DNA of 64,000 nucleotides from an uncultured Gammaproteobacteria bacterium (GTDB lineage Bacteria; Pseudomonadota; Gammaproteobacteria; CAWCPV01): NCBI GenBank assembly GCA_963797555.1, contig CAWCPV010000007.1, positions 256,001 to 320,000 of the forward strand, read 5' to 3'. Shown piece by piece: positions 56,755 to 64,000 of this stretch (position 1 is its first letter; each line of letters starts with the position of its first letter). The notes under the pieces were generated by a model. It saw only the letters and a program-made list of their open reading frames with translations, ran no database searches and was not told where the DNA came from. The position numbers and the translations under genes were made by a program.

Positions 56755-57761
56755 CGCGCACCCTGACCCTACTGGCTCCGGGGCTGCTGGCGCCGGACGG
56801 GGCGCCGCGCATCGCGGGGTCGCCGGGTCTCCGGGCCCTGCTCGCTCGGGCGCGCCGAGCCGCACTGCGGGAGGACGGCTACGAAGCGGCCTTGTGGCGC
56901 CGGTTCGGTCTGCCCGCAGCGCCCGGCGCCGAGATCCCGGTGGGCGCGGTCACCTGGGTGGCGGATACCGGTTCGGGGGAGACCGGTGGTTGGTGGATGC
57001 GGGCAGACCCGGTGCACCTTCGCGCGGACCGAGACCGGGTTCTGGTGTTCGGCGGCGCGCCCCTGGACTTGCGGGAAGAGGAGGCGGCCGAACTGGTCCG
57101 GGAGATTACTCATACTCTCGGACAAGGGCGCTGGTCGCTCGAAGCGCCGTGTCCGCAGCGGTGGTACCTGCGATTGCCGGAGGATCCGCAGATCCAGACC
57201 CAGCCTTTGCCCGAGGTGTTGGGAAGGACTGTCGGAAGCCTCCTCCCCGCAGGCGCGAAGGCGGCTACCTGGCAGCGCCTGCTCACGGAGATCCAGATGC
57301 TTCTGGCCGGTTCGGCGACCAATGAATCCCGGCAGGCGCGCGGCGTACTCCCGGTCAACAGCCTCTGGCTGTGGGGGGCGGGCCGACTGCCGGAAAGGGT
57401 GCAAGGCCCTGACGCAACGACCTGGGGGGAGGAGCCGATGCTCCGGGGACTGGCGCGTCTAGCCGGGATGGGTTGCGCTCCGTGCCCTGCGGACGCCGAA
57501 GCCTGGCTCGCCGTCGCCAATGCGGGAAACCATCTGGCGGTTCTGGGCGACCTGCGGGGCGCAGCGTGCCTGGACGCCGGGGATGTCAGCGCCACGGCCC
57601 GCGCGTGGGATGAAAACTGGCTCCGGCCCCTGCTCAAGGCGCTCACGCGGCGCCGGCTGCAGCGCCTGACGTTCTACGGAGGGGACCGGGACGAATACGA
57701 GCTGACGCCCGCTGGCGCCTGGCGCTGGTGGCGTCGTCCGCGACCAGAGCGGCACCCTTGA
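56751..57761 (+). CDS. Phosphoglycerate mutase-like protein upstream of recJ
   Basis: RADPVHL, LLTEIQMLL, PVNSLWLWG. Confidence 0.75.
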   Translation: MTRTLTLLAPGLLAPDGAPRIAGSPGLRALLARARRAALREDGYEAALWRRFGLPAAPGAEIPVGAVTWVADTGSGETGGWWMRADPVHLRADRDRVLVFGGAPLDLREEEAAELVREITHTLGQGRWSLEAPCPQRWYLRLPEDPQIQTQPLPEVLGRTVGSLLPAGAKAATWQRLLTEIQMLLAGSATNESRQARGVLPVNSLWLWGAGRLPERVQGPDATTWGEEPMLRGLARLAGMGCAPCPADAEAWLAVANAGNHLAVLGDLRGAACLDAGDVSATARAWDENWLRPLLKALTRRRLQRLTFYGGDRDEYELTPAGAWRWWRRPRPERHP

Positions 57762-59551
57762 TGCTGCGTCCAGGCGGCGCACACGGAAGCCTCGGGACCG
57801 CGCGCCGGACCATCGTACGGCGGGCGGTTCCGGCAGTGCGCGATGACCTGCCGCAGAACCTGCACCCGGTCGTGCGTCGGGTTCTGCTGGCGCGCGAGAT
57901 CACTTCCGCCGCCGATCTCAGCCGTTCGGCAGCGGACCTGCACGGCTACGAGACACTGCTCGACATCGGGAAAGCCGCAGATCTCCTGGGGGTGGCGGTG
58001 GAGCAGCGGCGCAGCATCCTGGTGGTGGGAGATTTCGACGCCGACGGGGCGACCGCTTCGGCTGTGGCGGTTCGCGCCCTGCGCGCAATGGGCGCCCAAG
58101 CGGTGGACTACCTGGTGCCGAGCCGGTTCCGCTTCGGTTACGGGCTGACGCCCGAACTCGTCGAGGTGGCCGCCCACCGCTCGCCCGACCTCATCGTGAC
58201 GGTCGACAACGGAATCGCCAGCCTCGATGGGGTCCGCGAGGCAAAGCGCCGTGGCATTCAGGTCATCGTGACCGACCACCACTTGGCGGGAGCGGAGCTT
58301 CCCGCGGCCGACGCCATCGTGAACCCCAACCGGCCGGGCGATCCTTTTCCGAGCAAGCAGTTGGCCGGCGTCGGCGTCATCTTCTACGTGATGCTGGCGC
58401 TGCGCGCCCACCTGCGGGACCGCCGCTGGTTCGAGAGGCGTCGCCTTGCCGAGCCGAACCTGGCGCAGCTCCTGGACCTGGTGGCGTTGGGCACGGTAGC
58501 CGACTTGGTCCCGCTCGACCGCAACAACCGCATCCTGGTGGCCCAGGGCCTGGCCCGCCTGCGCGCCGGGACGTGCTGCCCCGGGGTCCGCGCGCTGGCC
58601 GAGGCAGCGGGGCGTGCCCTGCCGCGTCTGACCGCTCAGGACCTCGGCTTCGGCCTCGCGCCCAGGCTAAACGCCGCCGGGCGTCTGGAGGATATGTCTC
58701 TGGGCATCGCCTGTCTCCTGGAGGAGGAGGGTGCGAGGGCCGGCGAGCTTGCGCGCACGCTGGACGCGCTCAACCGCGACCGGCGCGCCATCGAGGAGGA
58801 CATGCACCGCGCGGCTTTGGAGGTCCTGGCCTCGCAGGTTCATGCGCAGGCCGGTTTGCCGCACGGACTATGTCTGTACGACGACACCTGGCACCAGGGG
58901 GTCATCGGGATACTGGCCTCGCGCATCAAGGAGCAAGTCCAGCGTCCGGTCATCGCTTTCGCCCCGGGCAGCGACGGCGAGATCAAGGGGTCGGCACGCT
59001 CGGTACCCGGTCTGCACATGCGCGATACCCTGGCGGCCATCGCCGCCCGCATGCCGGACCTCATTCGAAAGTTCGGCGGACACGCCATGGCCGCCGGTCT
59101 GGTACTGTCCGGCGATCGGCTCGCCCCGTTCGCCCAAGCCTTCGACGAGGAGGTGACGCGGCGCCTGGGGCTCGCAGAGCCCGTCGGGGTGGTGCACAGC
59201 GACGGCGAGCTGGCGCCCGACGAGATCAATGTCGAGCTGGCGCAGGCGCTGCGGGGTGCCGGTCCCTGGGGACAGGGATTCCCGGAGCCGGTTTTCGATG
59301 GGCTGTTCGAGGTCGCGGACATCCGCACGGTAGGGCAGCGCCACCAGAAGCTGGTCGTGCGGCAATCCGGTGACTCGCGTACGGTCGTCGCTCTGGCCTT
59401 TCGGACCGAGGCTGCGCCATGGATGGAGCGGGGATCGGCGCTTCGTATGGCGTACCGTCTGGACCTGGACCACTACCAGGGACGGGTCAGTCCGCGGCTG
59501 GTGGTCGAGCACATCGAGCCCGCCGTCCGCGGCCCGGCGGAGGCCGACTGA
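57761..59551 (+). CDS. recJ: ssDNA exonuclease RecJ
   Basis: GDFDADG, TVDNG, TDHH, PRLNAAGR, FGGHAMAAG. Confidence 0.96.
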   Translation: MLRPGGAHGSLGTARRTIVRRAVPAVRDDLPQNLHPVVRRVLLAREITSAADLSRSAADLHGYETLLDIGKAADLLGVAVEQRRSILVVGDFDADGATASAVAVRALRAMGAQAVDYLVPSRFRFGYGLTPELVEVAAHRSPDLIVTVDNGIASLDGVREAKRRGIQVIVTDHHLAGAELPAADAIVNPNRPGDPFPSKQLAGVGVIFYVMLALRAHLRDRRWFERRRLAEPNLAQLLDLVALGTVADLVPLDRNNRILVAQGLARLRAGTCCPGVRALAEAAGRALPRLTAQDLGFGLAPRLNAAGRLEDMSLGIACLLEEEGARAGELARTLDALNRDRRAIEEDMHRAALEVLASQVHAQAGLPHGLCLYDDTWHQGVIGILASRIKEQVQRPVIAFAPGSDGEIKGSARSVPGLHMRDTLAAIAARMPDLIRKFGGHAMAAGLVLSGDRLAPFAQAFDEEVTRRLGLAEPVGVVHSDGELAPDEINVELAQALRGAGPWGQGFPEPVFDGLFEVADIRTVGQRHQKLVVRQSGDSRTVVALAFRTEAAPWMERGSALRMAYRLDLDHYQGRVSPRLVVEHIEPAVRGPAEAD

Positions 59552-59552
59552 A

Positions 59553-60524
59553 GTGCGCGGGCAGCCGCTGACGGCCGGACGCCTTCGGTTTCAGGACCAG
59601 CATCCGCCCCCTTCCAGCCTGCGCGACGAGGTGCTGCGCGGCCTGGCTCGGCGCCCGCGCGCCATTCCGCCCAAGTTTTTTTACGACGCCCAGGGCTCGC
59701 TCCTGTTCGAGGCCATCTGCGAGCTGCCCGAGTATTACCTGACGCGCACCGAGATCGGGATCCTGGAGGCGCACGCGGGCGAGATCGCAGCGCTCGTCGG
59801 CACCGACAGCGTCCTGGTGGAGCTAGGCAGCGGCAGCAGTCGGAAGGTGCGCCTGCTCCTGGAGGCCATCCGGCCGGCGGTCTGCATGCCGGTCGACATC
59901 TCGCGCGATCACCTCCTCGAGGCGGCCAAGGGCCTGGCACAGGACTATCCGTGGCTCCAGGTGCACGCGGTGTGTCTCGATTACTCGCGGTCCCTGAGCC
60001 TGCCTGCCTGCGGCTCGGGAAGCCGCAAGGTGGCGTTCTTCCCGGGCTCCAGCATCGGCAACTTCGATCCCGAGGAAGCCGCTGCGCTGCTGCAGACTGT
60101 TCGAGAGGTGGTGGCCCCGGGCGGTGGGCTGCTGATCGGGGTCGACCTGAAGAAGGACCCGGCGGTCCTGCACGCAGCGTACAACGACGCCCACGGCGTG
60201 ACCGCTGCCTTCAACCTGAATCTCCTCGCCCGCATCAACCGGGAACTGGGTGCCGACTTCGACCTGCAGGCATTCCGCCACTCGGCCTTCTACAACGAGC
60301 GGCGAGGACGCATCGAGATGCATCTGGAGAGCGTCCGAGCGCAGACGGTGATCGTGGACGGGCAGCGCTTCCGCTTTACGGCCGGCGAGCGCATCCATAC
60401 CGAAAACTCGTACAAGTACGACTTGGGGGAATTCCGAGACCTGGCGCGCAGTGCCGGCTTCGAGCCCGTTCAGGCCTGGACCGACCCCGACCGGCTGTTC
60501 AGCGTGCATTACCTCACGGCCTGA
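59553..60524 (+). CDS. egtD: L-histidine N-alpha-methyltransferase
   Basis: PKFFYD..GS.LFE.IC.LPEYYLTRTE, FPGSSIGN, AYNDAHGVTAAFN, TENSYKY. Confidence 0.93.
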   Translation: MRGQPLTAGRLRFQDQHPPPSSLRDEVLRGLARRPRAIPPKFFYDAQGSLLFEAICELPEYYLTRTEIGILEAHAGEIAALVGTDSVLVELGSGSSRKVRLLLEAIRPAVCMPVDISRDHLLEAAKGLAQDYPWLQVHAVCLDYSRSLSLPACGSGSRKVAFFPGSSIGNFDPEEAAALLQTVREVVAPGGGLLIGVDLKKDPAVLHAAYNDAHGVTAAFNLNLLARINRELGADFDLQAFRHSAFYNERRGRIEMHLESVRAQTVIVDGQRFRFTAGERIHTENSYKYDLGEFRDLARSAGFEPVQAWTDPDRLFSVHYLTA

Positions 60525-60757
60525 GCGCGTCAGGACGGCGGGTAGCGACGAGGGCGGGGATAGGCGGGCAACCCATCTACTCGTAATGCGTGCTTCTTCC
60601 GTGCTGCATCTTCAGTGACCGCTATATGTGTATGGATTCGTATCGATTAGCTCGTGGATGCAGACCCGCACAGGCATGTCGTCAAAAACCATCCGGATGA
60701 AGATGGACGAGTCCCTGCCCAACGATGTGGAGCGCTTATGCGCTCAGCTCCGCCGGC

Positions 60758-60982
60758 TCACCGCAGCTTCAGAAATTCGTCTACAGTGAAGCCGGCATCC
60801 TTGAGAACCCGCGCTGCCAGGCCGCGGCCCACGTCCCCCGAGTGAATTGGGACGGTCACAGCCACCTTGCGGTCCTCATGCCATAAGGTCAGGTGACTGC
60901 CCGATTGGCGGTCCTCCACGAAGCCCTGTGCCTTGAGAAACCGAACGAGATCGCGCGCCGAGAGCTGCCGGAGGCGCGTCAC
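60758..60982 (-). CDS. hicA: HicA-family toxin
   Basis: GFVEDRQSGSH, VTVPIH. Confidence 0.88.
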   Translation of the reverse strand: MTRLRQLSARDLVRFLKAQGFVEDRQSGSHLTLWHEDRKVAVTVPIHSGDVGRGLAARVLKDAGFTVDEFLKLR

Positions 60983-61218
60983 GCCGGTACGCCGATCGTA
61001 AGTTCTCCGACGTGCACCAAGTGCTCATTCTGGGGAATCGGCTGGCCGTGGGCAAGCAAGGCGTCGATGTGCTGGGAGACAGCCAGCCGCATGTTCCGCT
61101 TGGCTTCCTCGATCGTCTTTCCGTTGCCAAGACATCCCGGGAGGGTCGGGCTGTAGGCGTAATAGCCTTCGTCGTCGGGTTCCTTCTCGATAAGGATTTC
61201 GAAGGTGTAATAGTTCAT
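60979..61218 (-). CDS. hicB: HicB-family antitoxin
   Basis: GYYAYSPTLPGC..G.TIEEA; GTGA overlap with hicA. Confidence 0.88.
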   Translation of the reverse strand: MNYYTFEILIEKEPDDEGYYAYSPTLPGCLGNGKTIEEAKRNMRLAVSQHIDALLAHGQPIPQNEHLVHVGELTIGVPA

Positions 61219-61529
61219 TCTCGGCCCGCTTGCTGACCATCGTACAGGTCCATCATGGCACGCCGGTAAATTGTCGAGCAACTCCCCGTTTCTTGAATGG
61301 TATGTGCCGACGTTGCTCGGTGGAAAGGCCGACTCGGACCAGTCGTAGCCGCAAGAGTGGAACCTCCCCGCCCCATGCAGGCTTACGAAGCTTGGCAGGC
61401 AGGAGACCCCGTGCCCTCGCTAGCCCGCCAGCAGCCCGCGTGCTGGTGTGCCAAGCATTGCGCCAAATCTCCGCCCCTCGCGGGATTTACGCGGGTAGCG
61501 GTCCTCGGCCGCAGCGTCCACGGCCGACG

Positions 61530-61800
61530 GTGACTGTGCCCGCCCAGTCCTCCGGAAGGAGCCTCAACCTGACATAGCGGTGGAACGACGAGAACCGCCA
61601 GTCCCGCCGCGAGAAGTCGGCCTTGATGCGCCGCCACCGGCCCGGATAATCCGCATCATCGGCCGGCGCCCGTTCCACGCGGGAGTTCCTCGCCGCTTCA
61701 CCCGCAAACGCAAGCGGACCCGGTGCCGAGGACGAGGCAGAGCTGGGAGCCCAAAACCCCGGGGCTGTTCGCGAGCGATGCGGTTCCCTTCGTTCACCGC
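61530..61800 (-). pseudogene. RAYT C-terminal remnant
   Basis: DDADYPGRWRRIKADFSR joined to DW.FSSFHRYV..LPEDW. Confidence 0.65.
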
Positions 61801-62030
61801 ATCCTACGTGGGCTGCAAACAAGGAATATTGAAGGTGGCCGAATAGGGTCAATCCGTAACCGGCATAAGACGAACGCGTTAACGACGTGTGGAAGCTTGC
61901 GTTGCTAGTTGCTCAGACGCTAGCTCCTCCTGTAGACTTCGGCTCTCAACTCTACGGTCTTTTTCCCCTCCTTGCGGTCCGTCCTGAATAACTCGACCCT
62001 GGCCCCTTTAACTCTCTCTTCTGGCCCCTT

Positions 62031-63136
62031 TACTAATCCTTTCTTAAGTAAGGCCATATCAGACAGCGTAGCAGCAATGCGGATGCATGAAAAAGCCTTT
62101 GACGATTTCTGGCAGCTTCTGGAGCCGGCGCAAAGCACCGAGGAGTTTGCTCTTGAGATCCTCTTTGCTTTCCACCCGGCGCTTGGCGACGCGGGCTTTC
62201 ACATGCCCCCAAACCTGTTCGTCGGGATTGAGTTGGGGCGAGTACGGGGGGAGGAAGAACAGCTTAAGGCGCCCGTTCTGTTCGCCGATGAAGTCCTGGA
62301 TCAATCGTGCCTTGTGGATGGGATGGCCATCGACGATGAGGAAGACCGGCCGGGTGGCGCCCACCAGCAGGCGCTTGAGGAATTCCTTGAACACCGCGGC
62401 GGTCACCGTCCCCTCGTGCACCATGAAGCGCAAGCCCCCGCGGGCGCTCACCGCCGAGAGCATGGCGAGCGAGAACCGCGCCCCGGTCACCGCGACCACC
62501 GGGGTCTTGCCCATCGGCGCCCAAGTGGTGCCGGCGTGGTAGTCGGAGCGCATCCCCGACTCATCCCCAAAGTAGATGGTCGCCCCCACGCGCTTGGCCT
62601 CGGCCTGGATGGCGGGAAATTGCTCTTTCTGCCAGCGCTCGACCAGCACCGGATCGCGCTGCCAGGCACGGTAGAGCGGCTTCTGGGCAGTGAATCCCAG
62701 CACCCGCATCACCCGCCTGACGGCGGAGTCCGAAAGGCGCTTGTTGAACCGCCGCTCGATCAACCTGCCGATGAGCGGCAGGGTCCACAGCGCAAACTCG
62801 AATCGGAACTGCTGCGGCGTGTGCTCGCGCACCGCCCCCGCCAGCCAGCGCATCTCCTCGGCGCCAAGCAGCGGCGGGCGGCCCGGGATCGGCTTGGCCA
62901 ACAGCGCGTTCTGTCCCCCCGAGGCAAATGCCGAGAGCCAGCGAAACACGGTGCGAATGTTCAACCCGAAGGCCTGCGCTACGCTCTGTACCGTCTGTCC
63001 GTGACGCACCGCTTTCACGGCTTGCTGGCGCAGCACCTGCAGGCTCCTATGATCGAGCTTGCGCCCGTCCGATTCGCGCTTGCATTTCATGCCCCCATTG
63101 TACCAACATATGGCTTTACTTAAAATGGACTTAGTA
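62031..63136 (-). mobile_element. IS630-family IS including TA duplication
   Basis: Imperfect TIRs ctaatcctttcttaagtaaggccatat / atatggctttacttaaaatggacttag, each bounded by TA. Confidence 0.9.
62059..63090 (-). CDS. IS630 transposase
   Basis: N-terminal HTH; DDE motifs FGDESG, IVDGHPIH, PQLNPDEQVW; frame intact. Confidence 0.93.
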   Translation of the reverse strand: MKCKRESDGRKLDHRSLQVLRQQAVKAVRHGQTVQSVAQAFGLNIRTVFRWLSAFASGGQNALLAKPIPGRPPLLGAEEMRWLAGAVREHTPQQFRFEFALWTLPLIGRLIERRFNKRLSDSAVRRVMRVLGFTAQKPLYRAWQRDPVLVERWQKEQFPAIQAEAKRVGATIYFGDESGMRSDYHAGTTWAPMGKTPVVAVTGARFSLAMLSAVSARGGLRFMVHEGTVTAAVFKEFLKRLLVGATRPVFLIVDGHPIHKARLIQDFIGEQNGRLKLFFLPPYSPQLNPDEQVWGHVKARVAKRRVESKEDLKSKLLGALRRLQKLPEIVKGFFMHPHCCYAV

Positions 63137-63242
63137 ACTCTTGCTGCACCGCTCGGTCAGAGGGACCGCAAGGCGTTTGCGGACGAGCTGGACCGGTTCC
63201 TCAGCAAGCTTCGGAACGACTGACCTGAAACCGAACTCTGCC

Positions 63243-64000
63243 ATGCCGTTGCTGCGCTTCGACAAGGTCTCGCTGGAATACAGCCACCGCCCCCTGCTGG
63301 ACAAGGTAGATCTCGAGGTCCGCCGTGGGGAGCGGGTCTGCCTGGTCGGACGCAATGGCGAAGGCAAGTCTTCGTTGATGCGCATCGCCGCTGGCGAAGT
63401 CACCCCCGATGACGGCACCGTCTGGGTGCGCCCCGGTGCGCGCATCGCCCATCTCCCGCAGGTAAGCGCAATCGACAGCCCCGAGTGCGTCTTCGACGTT
63501 GTTGCCGGTGGGCTGCCGGAGTCGAGCGAAGTGCTTTCCCGCTACCACCGTGCGGCCGAAGAGCTCGCACGCACGCAGACGCCATCCGGGATGAGCCAAC
63601 TGGCCGATTTGCAGCAGGAGCTTGAAGCCGCGGCCGCGTGGCAGCTCGAGCAGCGGGTGGAGAAAGTGCTGTCTCGTTTGGCCCTGGACGGGAGCCTGAG
63701 CCTGCATGCCCTATCCGGCGGCTGGCGGCGGCGCGCCATGCTGGCGCGGGCGCTGGTGTGCGAGCCGGACCTCCTTCTGCTGGACGAGCCCACCAACCAC
63801 CTCGATATCGACGCCATCACGTGGCTGGAAGACTTCCTGGCGAGTTACGCGGGAGCGCTGCTCTTCGTCAGCCACGACCGGGCATTTCTGCGGCGGCTGG
63901 CAACGCGCATGATCGAGCTGGACCGGGGCCGGCTCTCGTCCTGGCCCGGAAATTACGACGCGTATGCGCGCGGGAAGGAAGAGCAACTGGAGGTCGAAGC
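63243..64000 (+). CDS. uup: ABC-F ATPase (runs off window)
   Basis: Read directly from sequence: MPLLRFDKV, GRNGEGKS, LSGGWRRR, LDEPTNHLD, SHDRAF. Confidence 0.85.
   Translation, partial: MPLLRFDKVSLEYSHRPLLDKVDLEVRRGERVCLVGRNGEGKSSLMRIAAGEVTPDDGTVWVRPGARIAHLPQVSAIDSPECVFDVVAGGLPESSEVLSRYHRAAEELARTQTPSGMSQLADLQQELEAAAAWQLEQRVEKVLSRLALDGSLSLHALSGGWRRRAMLARALVCEPDLLLLDEPTNHLDIDAITWLEDFLASYAGALLFVSHDRAFLRRLATRMIELDRGRLSSWPGNYDAYARGKEEQLEVE

Overview
GC-rich window from a probable gammaproteobacterium. The housekeeping backbone runs: norCB, bioB, degQ, a GNAT-C39/RimK pair, FecR-FecR-CHASE2 cyclase, lon/hsp20, hisDC, murA, ibaG, mlaFEDCB, rpsF-priB-rpsR-DUF2232-rplI-dnaB-alr-radA, trpB2, acs, dksA, recJ, egtD and uup. 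The main accessory region (~37.1-48 kb, downstream of radA) is an integron-like cassette array with no visible intI. It has an attI-like site, three clear attC sites and two degenerate ones. The first attC carries an ~800-nt ORF-less group II intron inserted on the top strand inside the R' core (GTTA^GGC), with an EBS1-like loop (TAACG) complementary to the exon end CGTTA. The array is interleaved with RAYT (Y1 transposase) remnants, hicBA and a 5'-truncated STAND-like/PD-(D/E)xK nuclease gene. Also present: IS200, IS630 and a four-copy MITE family with TGA target duplication. Nine single-base insertions, one in essential dnaB, most likely reflect sequencing error. All calls come from reading the sequence by eye; no searches were run.
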